From: a bacterium
GTDB lineage: Bacteria > UBA8248
Direction: 5' to 3'
Assembly: GCA_965199855.1 (NCBI GenBank)
Contig: OZ241326.1
Span: forward strand, 1,184,001-1,248,000
Length of the DNA stretch: 64,000 nucleotides
Shown one piece after another: positions 1 through 9,006 of this stretch. Each line of letters opens with the position of its first letter. Positions within the stretch are counted from its first letter, which is position 1. Position numbers and translations under genes: made by a program. The notes under the pieces are model-generated. The model was not told the DNA's origin and made no database searches. It worked only from the letters and a program-made list of their open reading frames with translations.

Positions 1-1875
1 CGCGGTCTGCTGACCGTGCGCCCTCTCCAGCGCGCGGCCAATGTGGGCGAGGGGCGCGCGCGTCGGGGCTTCGGGGCTCGTGAACGTCCCCGTCCAGACG
101 ATGTCGATCGCGCGGGCCGGGCCGGCGCCGCCGCTCCACGCCACCCCGGCGCTGACGCCGTCTTTCGCCGCGCTGATCGTCCCCGCCTGGGTGATGGAGA
201 TCGTCCCGGTCTTGTTGCCCGCGTCGCGCAGGGTGGCCTCGATGCCGTGGTCATGCGTGGAGGTGAGCTCGACGTCCTCCGAGACGCTGATCTCGACCCC
301 GCCGGCCTCGTAGTTCGCCGCCTCGATGGCGACTCCCTTCGCGTGGACCGACCCGCCGGTGACGGCGACCTTGGCGAGGCCGATGTTCTTGGGCGCGACG
401 TAGGCGGCGCGGTCGGTCTCGGTCTCCGCCCTGTGGCTGCCGACCCGCGCCACGATGGCCTCTTTGACGCCCTGCGAGCCGTCGTCGACGGGCTCGTCCG
501 AGGCGACGACGATGGCGCCCGCCGAATGGGTGATGGAGACGCCCGTGTTCGCGCCGTCGGCGTCTTTGCCGGTCGTCTGGGCCAGGATGCCGTGGTCCGT
601 CGCCGTGATGTCGCCGCTGTTGGCGACTGTCACGCCGCCGCTGTCGCCCGCGCCGTCGAGCGCGGCGAAAATGCCGCGGGCCACCGCCGCGTCCGCCCTG
701 CCGATGGCGCCGCTGTTGGTGACGGAGACGGCGCCGCCGGCGCCCTTGGCCGTGACGTAGATGCCGTCGCCGCCCGCCTCGATGTCACCTCTGTTGGTGA
801 CGGAGACGGCGCCCGATCCCCCCAGGCGGTTGGCGACGATGCCCCATCCCGCCGCGACGATCTTTCCCGCCTGGGTGACGGTGATCGTCCCGCTCTCGTT
901 GCCCACGTCGGTCAGATTGGCACGGAGGGCGTCGCCCTCCGTGGAGGTCAGCGTGACGCCCTCGGCGACGTCGACCTCCACCGATCCGGCCTCGTAGTTG
1001 AGCGCCGAGATGGCGAACAGCCTCGAGCTGATCGACCCGCCCGTGACGGAGACCTTGGCCAGCCCCGCGTTCATGGGCGCGACGTAGTCGTCGTGGCCGG
1101 CGTCGGTCTCCTGCCTGGCTTCGCCCACGTGCGCCTTGACGCCCGTGGCGTTCGGCGTCGTGATGTCGCCCGCCGAATGGGTGATGGAGACGCCCGCGTC
1201 GTCGCCGTCGGCGTCCTTGCCGGTCGTTTTGGCGTGGATGCCCGCGGCGTCCGACGTGACGGCGCCGCGGTTCCTGACCGTGATGTCGCCGGCGCCGGGG
1301 TTGCTGACGTAGATGCCGTCGTCCTCGGAGTGGATCGCCGCCGCCGTGGTGACCGAAATGTCGCCGGCGTCGCTCTCGTAGGTCGTGACCTGGATGCCAT
1401 GGCTCTCCATCTTCGCGGTCGCCGTCCCGATCGTCGTCCCGCTCCTGACGTCCAGCGTCGTCGTGGAGCCGTTCCCGGCACGCTGGAAGACGACGATGCC
1501 GCGGTTGTTGTACCAACTGCTCGCCCGCGTGCCGCTCTGCTCGATGGCGACGGCGCCCCCGCTTCCGACCGTGAGGCTGATGTTGTGGGCGTTGGTCGCG
1601 TGGTCGTCCGTTCTGATGGTGACGCCGTTGTGCACGCCGTTGTTCGCCCCGGCCGTGATCGTCGTCGCCGCCCCGCCCGTGACGGTGAGCGTGACGGCGT
1701 TCGCCAGATCCCAATAGACGATGCCGGTATACGCCGCGTCCGGGCAGGTCTGGGTGAACGAGTTGCCCGCATTGAGCGCCCCGCAGTCATCCCGCGCCCG
1801 CGCCTCGCCCGGCGCCAAGAGAAGCGCGAGAAGGGTCGCCAGGGCGATCGCTGCAATCGGTTTCTTCCGGTTCAT
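1..1875 (-). CDS. Large secreted autotransporter/adhesin-like beta-helical protein, 5' part (runs off the window start)
   Basis: Not in the ORF track; read manually: AAGGAG RBS, ATG at 1875, MNRKKPIAAIALATLLALLLAPGEARA signal peptide, then G/A/T/V-rich passenger-like sequence (GIYV..GAGDITV.N.G) with an internal duplication; no stop seen down to position 1. Confidence 0.8.
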   Translation of the reverse strand, partial: MNRKKPIAAIALATLLALLLAPGEARARDDCGALNAGNSFTQTCPDAAYTGIVYWDLANAVTLTVTGGAATTITAGANNGVHNGVTIRTDDHATNAHNISLTVGSGGAVAIEQSGTRASSWYNNRGIVVFQRAGNGSTTTLDVRSGTTIGTATAKMESHGIQVTTYESDAGDISVTTAAAIHSEDDGIYVSNPGAGDITVRNRGAVTSDAAGIHAKTTGKDADGDDAGVSITHSAGDITTPNATGVKAHVGEARQETDAGHDDYVAPMNAGLAKVSVTGGSISSRLFAISALNYEAGSVEVDVAEGVTLTSTEGDALRANLTDVGNESGTITVTQAGKIVAAGWGIVANRLGGSGAVSVTNRGDIEAGGDGIYVTAKGAGGAVSVTNSGAIGRADAAVARGIFAALDGAGDSGGVTVANSGDITATDHGILAQTTGKDADGANTGVSITHSAGAIVVASDEPVDDGSQGVKEAIVARVGSHRAETETDRAAYVAPKNIGLAKVAVTGGSVHAKGVAIEAANYEAGGVEISVSEDVELTSTHDHGIEATLRDAGNKTGTISITQAGTISAAKDGVSAGVAWSGGAGPARAIDIVWTGTFTSPEAPTRAPLAHIGRALERAHGQQTA

Positions 1876-1892
1876 GGATGGCTCCTTTTCAT

Positions 1893-2193
1893 GTCGGTGA
1901 GTCGGTGAGTCGGTGAGTCGGTGAGTCGGTGAGTCGGTGAGTCGGTGAGTCGGTGAGTCGGTGAGTCGGTGAGTCGGTGAGTCGGTGAGTCGGTGAGTCG
2001 GTGAGTCGGTGAGTCGGTGAGTCGGTGAGTCGGTGAGTCGGTGAGTCGGTGAGTCGGTGAGTCGGTGAGTCGGTGAGTCGGTGAGTCGGTGAGTCGGTGA
2101 GTCGGTGAGTCGGTGAGTCGGTGAGTCGGTGAGTCGGTGAGTCGGTGAGTCGGTGAGTCGGTGAGTCGGTCGGTGAGTCGGGGCGGTGAGTCG
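1893..2193. repeat. Octamer tandem repeat (GTCGGTGA)n, about 34.75 perfect units (1893-2170) plus a degenerate tail
   Basis: Directly visible; ends just upstream of the RBS of the 1..1875 gene. Confidence 0.98.
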
Positions 2194-2308
2194 GGCGTAG
2201 TATAGCGCATTCCTGCCAGCGGCGGCGAACTGGTCAATGAAAAACCCTCCCGGCAGAGCCGAATCGGGCGGAATCCGGCTTCCGTCAAGATTCCAATGCC
2301 TTATTATA

Positions 2309-2337
2309 ATTATATGAAAATCAAAGTGAAAAGACAA
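2309..2337 (-). promoter_or_regulatory. Putative sigma70 promoter for the autotransporter-like gene
   Basis: Minus strand TTGTCT-N17-TATAAT in an AT-rich patch; a second -10-like TATACT at 2199-2204. Confidence 0.6.
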
Positions 2338-2513
2338 ACGCGGCGGCGGACGCGCGCCGCGTTCCGCAGGGGCGGCCCTCCGTCGGGATGATCGCCCGCC
2401 GCGAGGGTTCCGTCATGAACCAAAAACCGGATTCCGCAATTCCTCCGCCTTGTCGGTATTGATGACGGGAATGGCGGCGGCGGGGGCCGCCGGGGCGGGC
2501 CTTGCGGCTTCGA

Positions 2514-2578
2514 GGGGGAGGTTCCCGAACCGCCCACGCCGCCGAAGAGAACGCGGGCGGTTCCCGAACCGCCCCTAC
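2514..2578. repeat. GTAG-type REP palindromes (GGGCGGTTCCCGAACCGCCCCTAC)
   Basis: Palindrome with terminal GTAG/CTAC, recurring across the window. Confidence 0.8.
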
Positions 2579-2985
2579 GTCTGCGGTCTGCGGTCTGCGG
2601 TCTGCGGTCTGCGGTCTGCGGTCTGCGGTCTGCGGTCTGCGGTCTGCGGTCTGCGGTCTGCGGTCTGCGGTCTGCGGTCTGCGGTCTGCGGTCTGCGGTC
2701 TGCGGTCTGCGGTCTGCGGTCTGCGGTCTGCGGTCTGCGGTCTGCGGTCTGCGGTCTGCGGTCTGCGGTCTGCGGTCTGCGGTCTGCGGTCTGCGGTCTG
2801 CGGTCTGCGGTCTGCGGTCTGCGGTCTGCGGTCTGCGGTCTGCGGTCTGCGGTCTGCGGTCTGCGGTCTGCGGTCTGCGGTCTGCGGTCTGCGGTCTGCG
2901 GTCTGCGGTCTGCGGTCTGCGGTCTGCGGTCTGCGGTCTGCGGTCTGCGGTCTGCGGTCTGCGGTCTGCGGTCTGCGGTCTGCGG
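2579..2985. repeat. Heptamer tandem repeat (GTCTGCG)n, about 58 units
   Basis: Directly visible, perfect array abutting a REP palindrome that ends in CTAC at 2578. Confidence 0.98.
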
Positions 2986-3197
2986 CATCATATCACGTTT
3001 TCCGGCCGGAGTCTTGGGGCGGCCGGGCTTTCGCGCCGACGCCGCCCGTCAATTCGCAATGAAGGAAATCATACGCAACCGCGAGCGCGTCCGCAAGCGC
3101 GGGAAGGCGCTCTCCCGCAGGCGGCGGGATATTTATGCGGCGCGGACGGCCACGGGGGCTGCTCCTGCGGGTGATTGCCCATGATCGATGATGTTTC

Positions 3198-3290
3198 CGC
3201 AGGGGCGGCCCCTCCCCGGGTCCGCCCCGCAATTCGGGAACCGCCCGTTTCGGGGTTTCGCCTTCGTAGGGGCGGTTCGGGAACCGCCCA
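3198..3290. repeat. REP cluster (composite element)
   Basis: GTAGGGGCGGTTCGGGAACCGCCC plus a segment matching the reverse complement of 38185-38232. Confidence 0.75.
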
Positions 3291-3301
3291 TATTGGGGAA
3301 G

Positions 3302-3670
3302 CTAGAAGAAGAACTTGAGGAGGCCGAAGGTGAGGGTGACGTTCAGCCCCACGATGCCCAGCGCCATGCCGAACATGAACCTTTGCGTCCGCGCCTCGAG
3401 CCGCGCGATGGAGGTCTCCACCTCGCCCCGAAGCCCCGCGATGGACGCCTCCAGCCCCGTTCTCACCTCCTGAATCTCGGCCTGGAGGCCCGTCCTCACC
3501 TCCTGCATCTCGGCCTGGAGCTCGGCCTTGACCTCTTGGAGGTCGGCTTTCGTGGCGACGCTGCCGGCGACGGCGTCCTTGAAGGTATCCACGACCGCGC
3601 GCGCCTGGGACTCCTCGAAGCCCGAATCCCGGAGCGACTCCATTGCCCGGAGCGTGTCGAAGCCGATCAT
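3302..3670 (-). CDS. DUF1640/CCDC90-like coiled-coil protein with C-terminal membrane anchor
   Basis: FDTL....L..SGF.E.QA.A....ATKADL motif, 11-residue coiled-coil repeats (ELQAEMQEVRTGLQAEIQEVRTG), hydrophobic C-terminus. Confidence 0.8.
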   Translation of the reverse strand: MIGFDTLRAMESLRDSGFEESQARAVVDTFKDAVAGSVATKADLQEVKAELQAEMQEVRTGLQAEIQEVRTGLEASIAGLRGEVETSIARLEARTQRFMFGMALGIVGLNVTLTFGLLKFFF

Positions 3671-3799
3671 CGCCCGCCTCCTCTCCGAAGCTTTCACGCG
3701 AGGAAAGCATACCACGCCCCGCGCCGGACGCGAAAGCGAAAAACGAACGCCTCCCCGCTGCGGTTTCGCCTTCGCAGGTGAAACGCGAGAGCGTTTCCA

Positions 3800-3966
3800 T
3801 TCATGCGTCCCGCGTCTTTTCCGTCAATGGAATGCGGGGCGGGTCGTTCCCGAACGATCCCAACGGCGAGGGCGGCGACGGTTTCGTAGGGGCGGTTCGT
3901 GAACCGCCCGTTTCGGAGAAGGGTTCGCATCGTAGGCGGCGGAGCGTTCCCGAACCGCCCCTGCGG
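3800..3966. repeat. REP cluster / REP doublet
   Basis: GTAGGGGCGGTTCGTGAACCGCCC and partner copy; segments shared with 25060-25150 and with the reverse complement of 38129-38197. Confidence 0.75.
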
Positions 3967-3997
3967 GATTATCGCGCCCCGGCGGGATTCCCGCCCT

Positions 3998-6280
3998 TCA
4001 AGGGGCTTCGGGCTTCCCGGCTTCCACGCGGTAGCTGTTGAAGGCGGCGTTCTCGTATTCGGAGAGGTCATCGCCCGTGAGGAGGTTCGCCGCGCCGTCG
4101 GCGGGCAGGCCGCCCGCCGGGACGTGAACGACCCCGGGGCGGACGTCCGCGCTCACCCGGGCCTCGAAGGCGGTTTCGCCGAAATCGTTTCCGAGGCGCA
4201 CCCGGTCTCCGCTCTCGATGCCGCGCTCGGCGGCGTCCGAGGGATGGAGGGTGGCTACGTTCCACCCGTGGCGGAGCAGGCTCGCCGCGTTGTTGAAGGT
4301 GGAGCTCGCCCGGAAGTAGGTCTTGGGCGTGATGAGGCGCAGGGGATGGCGCGCCTCCCCATCCGCCGCTTCCTCCGGCGGGAAATGCGCGGGAACGCGG
4401 GCTTCGAGCTCCTCGAAGTAGAGCTGCGCCCGCCCGTGCGGGGTGGCGAGCTCCCAGTCGGGCGCGGGATCGGGAACATCGAGGGGGAGCCAGCCCTCGG
4501 CCTCGAGCTTCTCGATCGTGACGCCGCCGAACCAGGGAAAGCGCGCGTCCGCCCGCGCGGCGTCCAGAAGCTCCTCGATCCACTCCCGGGACGTTTTCCA
4601 GGGGAAATGCGCGCCATAGCCCATCTTCTCCGCGAGGCGGCGGACGATCTCGAAGTCGTCCAGCGACTCCCCGCGCGGGGGCATGACGCCCGGCGTGTAG
4701 AGGAGGACGTGGCGGGGCTTCATGTCGGGAATCAGGTGGGCGAAGGTCGCGCCCGTATCGAGGCCCTCGGCGATGGCGCAGCGCTCGAGCCAGGTGGAGG
4801 CGGGCAGGACGACGTCCGCGCGCCGCGCCGTCGGCGTCATGAACACGTCCGCCACCGCGCAGAAGTCGAGCGACTGGAGGGCGCGCTCCGTCTTGCGGGC
4901 GTTTCCGGCCTGCCCGACCGGGTTGCCCCACATGACGAGGGCGGCGTTCACCGGCCCGCCGTAGGAGGCGGGGTCGAGGATGGCCTCGGCGACCCGCCCG
5001 ACGGGAATCGAGCGCGCGACCGGGTTGGGGACGGCCCAGCGCTCCGTCATCACCTCGGCGAGGCCGGTTCCGTGCGCCCGCGCCGAGGGGAAGCCCTCCG
5101 CCCCGTGCCGCAGCGCGCCGCCGAAGCCGCCCGTCACCAGGTTCAGGACGTGCAGCGCCCGCACGGCCTGCTCCCCGCGCAGGGCGCGCTGGTAGGAGCC
5201 GTAATAGACGATCACCTTTCCTCTCGCCAGAGCGCGCGCCAGGGCGCGCACGTGCCCTTCGGAGACGCCGCACTCCCTCGCCGCGCGCGCGGGCGTCCAG
5301 CGCGCCGCCGCCTCGCGCAGGTGGTCGAACGCCGTCCGGCACCTCTTCCCCTCCACCCGGAAGGAGCCGCCGAGGGCGGGGCTTCCGCTCGCCGTGAAGG
5401 GCTCCGCCTGGGCGCCGGCCTCATCCCAGACGAGGGGGGCGCCGTCCGCCGCCCTGGCGAAGCGGCCCGTGTCCTCCTCGACCAGGAAGGCGGCGTTCGT
5501 CCTCTCCTTCAGAAAGTCCTCATCCACGGCGCCTTCGGCGATCATGAGCCTGAGGACGGCGAGGGCGAGCGCGGTGTCCGTCGAGGGGCGAACCGGCACG
5601 TGGACGCCGCCGAAGCGCGCCGCGCTCCGGGTGCGGAGCGGATCGACCGTGATGAAGCGCGTCCCCCTCCGCTTCGCCGCCTGGAGGGACTGGAGGAGGC
5701 CGCGGTAGCCCGTCTCCACCGGGTTGTTGCCCCACAGGACGATCCACTCGCACTCCTCGTTCGGGCGGCCCAGCGTCTGCCAGTGGCCGAAGACGTCCGC
5801 GCTCCCCCCCAGAAAGGCCTTCCAGCAGAGGCTTCCGCGCAAGTAGGGCTGGACGGCGCCCCCCCACAGGCCGAGAAGGCGCATGATGGTGGCGGGCTCG
5901 GCGTCTCGTCCCCCGGGCAGGGTGTGCTGGGCGGAGTAGTGATACATCATCACGGATTCGTTGCCGCCCTTCTCCTTCGCCGCCTCCAGCCCCCGGGCGA
6001 CGAGGTCGAGCGCCTCGTCCCAGCTCGCGCGCTCGAAGCGGTTCGCCCCGTCCGCGCCCGACCCCTTCTTTCCCGCGCGCTTCAGGGGATGAAGGAGCCG
6101 GTCGGGGTGATGGTATCTGTCGGGCATCTGAAACCCCTTGATGCAGGGCTTGACGCGCATCCGGGGATTCGCGCGGAACGAGGCGATCTCCTCCCCGCGC
6201 GCCTCGACCTCGAAGCTGCACGGATTGTTCCCGCAGTGGGGGGAGCAGAGCGTGAAGGCTTTCCGGGGCGCCGCGGCCAT
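3998..6280 (-). CDS. Molybdopterin-dependent oxidoreductase (DMSO reductase family), catalytic subunit
   Basis: N-terminal CSPHCGNNPC...CIKG Fe-S motif, PDRLLHPLKR, FERASWDEALD, VLWGNNP, ADVVLPASTWLE, C-terminal LHPSDAAERGI..GD.V dinucleotide-binding domain. Confidence 0.9.
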   Translation of the reverse strand: MAAAPRKAFTLCSPHCGNNPCSFEVEARGEEIASFRANPRMRVKPCIKGFQMPDRYHHPDRLLHPLKRAGKKGSGADGANRFERASWDEALDLVARGLEAAKEKGGNESVMMYHYSAQHTLPGGRDAEPATIMRLLGLWGGAVQPYLRGSLCWKAFLGGSADVFGHWQTLGRPNEECEWIVLWGNNPVETGYRGLLQSLQAAKRRGTRFITVDPLRTRSAARFGGVHVPVRPSTDTALALAVLRLMIAEGAVDEDFLKERTNAAFLVEEDTGRFARAADGAPLVWDEAGAQAEPFTASGSPALGGSFRVEGKRCRTAFDHLREAAARWTPARAARECGVSEGHVRALARALARGKVIVYYGSYQRALRGEQAVRALHVLNLVTGGFGGALRHGAEGFPSARAHGTGLAEVMTERWAVPNPVARSIPVGRVAEAILDPASYGGPVNAALVMWGNPVGQAGNARKTERALQSLDFCAVADVFMTPTARRADVVLPASTWLERCAIAEGLDTGATFAHLIPDMKPRHVLLYTPGVMPPRGESLDDFEIVRRLAEKMGYGAHFPWKTSREWIEELLDAARADARFPWFGGVTIEKLEAEGWLPLDVPDPAPDWELATPHGRAQLYFEELEARVPAHFPPEEAADGEARHPLRLITPKTYFRASSTFNNAASLLRHGWNVATLHPSDAAERGIESGDRVRLGNDFGETAFEARVSADVRPGVVHVPAGGLPADGAANLLTGDDLSEYENAAFNSYRVEAGKPEAP

Positions 6281-6437
6281 GTTCTCCCTTTCGGCTATCG
6301 AGGGCGCTTTACAGGATTTTCGCGGCATTCTAACATAGGGCTTCTTCTGTTTCCGGGCAAACGCCGTTTGCCGCAGCATACCGGAAGGCGGGGAGGCCGC
6401 CTCCGTCCACGTCGAACCCTTCGGGAGGTGAGAGAGA

Positions 6438-7625
6438 ATGGCCACGCGCGCGAAAGCGGGAAAGAAGGCGGCACGAGCCGCGGCGGAGAAGTTCGTCCCC
6501 CCCACCTGGGATACGAAGATGCCCCTGCCCTCGAACCCGGAGACGGGCGAGGACGCGAACGACTACTACATCATCGACTGCGAAACCCACGTCATGCCGG
6601 AGGACTACCGGCGCTTCATCAAGTATTTCGAGGGCACCAGCACCTTTGAATACGCCCACAAGATGTGCAACCAGTGGCAGTGGATCGACCACAGGAACAA
6701 CAGGCCGGCGGCCGTCCACCCGGGCATGGACTGGCACATCGACAAGATCATCGCCGACATGAACCGCTCGGGCGTGGACCAGATCGCCCTGATGCGCGAG
6801 TCCTTCATCGACACGGCGGGCGACAGCGCGCCCTTCTCCACGAACCAGCACGTCATCGACGCGATCGAGAAATACCCCGACCGCGTCATCGGCGTCTCCA
6901 ACGTGGGGCCCTTCTCGAAGCGCAAGCCGAAGGACTTCCTCTGGGAGCTCGAATACCTGCACGACAACTACAACTTCAAGTTCACCAAGTTCTATCAGCC
7001 CGAGGACTGCCCCATCAACGACCGCAGGCTCTGGCCCGCCTACGAGATGTGCCAGGACAAGGGCGTCGTCGCCTTCTTCCACACCGGCATCACCATCCGG
7101 ATGGGCCCGACGCGCTACACGCTGCCGATCCTGCTGGACGAGGTGGCGTCCGACTTCCCGGACCTCAAGATCGTCGCCTACCACGGCGGCTATCCCTACT
7201 GGGAAGACCTCGTCATGCTGCTCTGGAAGCACCCGAACGTCTACGTGAGCTACTCGATTCTCCTGCCCTGGCTCATGCGCGCCCCGCACCGCTTCGCCCA
7301 CATGGTCGGCACGACCCTGCAAATCGCCGGGCCCGGCCGCTTCGTCTGGGGCAGCGACTGGCCCGCCTCGGACCCCTACCAGTCGGTCGAGGCGGTGCTC
7401 AAGCTCCACATCGACGAGGAGCTCCAGGAGAAGTGGGGCTACCCCTCCGTCACGAAGCGGGACAAGGCGGACTTCCTGGGCGGGACGCTCGCCAGGCTCG
7501 CCGGGATAGACGCGAAGAAGAACCACCTGAAATTCCCCGGCATGAACGGCGCCCCCCGGGGCAGGACGCCCGAGGGCGACATCACCCGCGCCATCATGGC
7601 GAAGCAGAAGAAGGCGGCGAAATAG
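6438..7625 (+). CDS. Amidohydrolase_2 family metal-dependent hydrolase
   Basis: IIDCETH, FHTG, FPDLKIVAYHGG, WGSDWP motifs; strong codon bias. Confidence 0.88.
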   Translation: MATRAKAGKKAARAAAEKFVPPTWDTKMPLPSNPETGEDANDYYIIDCETHVMPEDYRRFIKYFEGTSTFEYAHKMCNQWQWIDHRNNRPAAVHPGMDWHIDKIIADMNRSGVDQIALMRESFIDTAGDSAPFSTNQHVIDAIEKYPDRVIGVSNVGPFSKRKPKDFLWELEYLHDNYNFKFTKFYQPEDCPINDRRLWPAYEMCQDKGVVAFFHTGITIRMGPTRYTLPILLDEVASDFPDLKIVAYHGGYPYWEDLVMLLWKHPNVYVSYSILLPWLMRAPHRFAHMVGTTLQIAGPGRFVWGSDWPASDPYQSVEAVLKLHIDEELQEKWGYPSVTKRDKADFLGGTLARLAGIDAKKNHLKFPGMNGAPRGRTPEGDITRAIMAKQKKAAK

Positions 7626-7670
7626 CCTGGAAAACCCGCGCCGAGGGAACCAGGAAGGACGAGGACATGA

Positions 7671-7709
7671 AAAACCCCCGCCCGGACGACGAACCCGGGC
7701 GGGGGTTTT
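7671..7709. terminator. Bidirectional intrinsic terminator
   Basis: AAAACCCCCGCCCGG-N9-CCGGGCGGGGGTTTT. Confidence 0.8.
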
Positions 7710-7953
7710 CTGATGCGGAATTTTCCCGATTCAGGGACTGATGGACTGGACGCTGAATGCGGGCGATCAGGTTTCAGCCCGGCGTACCGCCTCCCGCAAG
7801 GCGAGGCTTTTGTTTTGAACCGCCGGCGCGGCGGCGCAGAAACGCGAACATCCGGGCGGAAAGCAGGTCCGGGCGTCCATTCGGACGCGCGGACGGTTAA
7901 GGTTCGTCCGAGAACGAAAAACACCGTGGAGAGGCGGAGAAAGGAGGCGACAG

Positions 7954-8247
7954 ATGAAAAAGTTTGCTTTTGCGGTTGCGGTGGTGGTGTCCCTCGGTCT
8001 CGCCGGCCCCGCTTGGGGAAGCGGTGAGGCTGTCCTCCAGCAGATGGAGCGGCGAGTAAAGCAGAGGTGGAAGAAGGTTTGCGGCGAAATTGTAGAATTA
8101 TACGAGTCCACGAAAAAAGCCGCTCGTGGTGATGTGGCCAAGGCCATAAATCTTTATGTCGATATCTTCGAGGCACTGGGGCGCAAACGCGCCGATATAG
8201 AAAATGGCGTCATCATTTGCAAACACCTGGGCCACTTCAAAAAATGA
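7954..8247 (+). CDS. Small secreted protein A1 (signal peptide, 2 Cys)
   Basis: AAGGAGG RBS; MKKFAFAVAVVVSLGLAGPAWG signal. Confidence 0.75.
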   Translation: MKKFAFAVAVVVSLGLAGPAWGSGEAVLQQMERRVKQRWKKVCGEIVELYESTKKAARGDVAKAINLYVDIFEALGRKRADIENGVIICKHLGHFKK

Positions 8248-8438
8248 TTCGCCTGTCCGCCTTCTTCCTTTTTGGGGCGAAGGCGGGGGAGAGGGCGGAG
8301 CCGCGCCTGATGACGCAGTGCGAGTTCCTGTACTCGAGCATGCGTGACGCAGAACACGGCTATGCGCTCGGCAGGGCATCCTACTATCGTGAGCGGTGGA
8401 CGCAGGCCAAGAGAAACTTCAAGAAGCATCGCGGTTAA
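8244..8438 (+). CDS. Small protein B1 (signal peptide shortened; possibly decayed)
   Basis: ATGA overlap with A1; paralog of 8815-9006. Confidence 0.5.
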   Translation: MIRLSAFFLFGAKAGERAEPRLMTQCEFLYSSMRDAEHGYALGRASYYRERWTQAKRNFKKHRG

Positions 8439-8572
8439 AACCGCCGGCGCGGCGGCGCAGAAACGCGAAAATCCGGGCGGAAAGCAGGTCCGGGCGTCCA
8501 TTCGGACGCGCGGACGTTAAGGTCGTCCGAGAACGAAAAACACCGTGGAGGGGCGGAAAAAGGAGACGCCAG

Positions 8573-8818
8573 ATGAAAAAGTTTGCTTTTGCGGTCGTTG
8601 TTGCGCTGTCCATTGGCGGGGTGGCTTGGGGTCAAGGCGCCCGGGCTGATCTCGCCAAGAGGTGCCGCGAGACAAAACAGAACTTCGACAGCATGTTGGA
8701 CATTATGAAGGGCGACGAGGCGAAAGTATGGGCGTTTTACGCCGCCGTCGCCCCGAAGAAACATGAGGACATGAAGTTCTTTGTCGAGGTGTGCAGGTGC
8801 ACGGGTCTCTTCAAATGA
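8573..8818 (+). CDS. Small secreted protein A2 (signal peptide, Cys-containing)
   Basis: AAGGAG RBS; MKKFAFAVVVALSIGGVAWG signal; ends C..G.FK like A1. Confidence 0.75.
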   Translation: MKKFAFAVVVALSIGGVAWGQGARADLAKRCRETKQNFDSMLDIMKGDEAKVWAFYAAVAPKKHEDMKFFVEVCRCTGLFK

Positions 8819-9006
8819 TTCGTCTGGTCGCCGTATTCGGGCTTCTCGCGTCCGCCTTGGTGCTTTTCGGGGCGAGGGCGGGGGAGAGAACGGAGCCGCG
8901 CCTGATGACGCAGTGCGAGTTCCTGCGGTCAGTCATGCGTGACGCGGAACACGTCTATGCGCTCGGCAGGTCGTCCTACTATCGGGAGCGGTGGAATTGC
9001 AGTTAA
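8815..9006 (+). CDS. Small secreted protein B2 (2 Cys)
   Basis: ATGA overlap with A2; MIRLVAVFGLLASALVLFGARA signal-like N-terminus. Confidence 0.55.
   Translation: MIRLVAVFGLLASALVLFGARAGERTEPRLMTQCEFLRSVMRDAEHVYALGRSSYYRERWNCS

Larger units (their letters stand above)
7818..9006 (+). repeat. Tandem duplicated cassette (period about 621 bp): leader + two small ORFs
   Basis: 7818-7977 nearly identical to 8439-8596; the second ORFs are also similar at DNA level. Confidence 0.9.

Noticed and set aside
16-1908. 630-aa plus-strand ORF, and similar long shadow ORFs (3899-6649, 30137-32077, 35880-38195, 48853-51528, 61615-63957)
   Set aside because: Antisense shadows of real genes in high-GC DNA; Arg/Gly-rich with no recognisable motifs.
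2450-3184. ORFs through the heptamer repeat (AVCGLRS)n / (PQTADRR)n as real proteins
   Set aside because: The repeat is stop-free in all frames, so such ORFs arise automatically; no RBS or coding context supports them.
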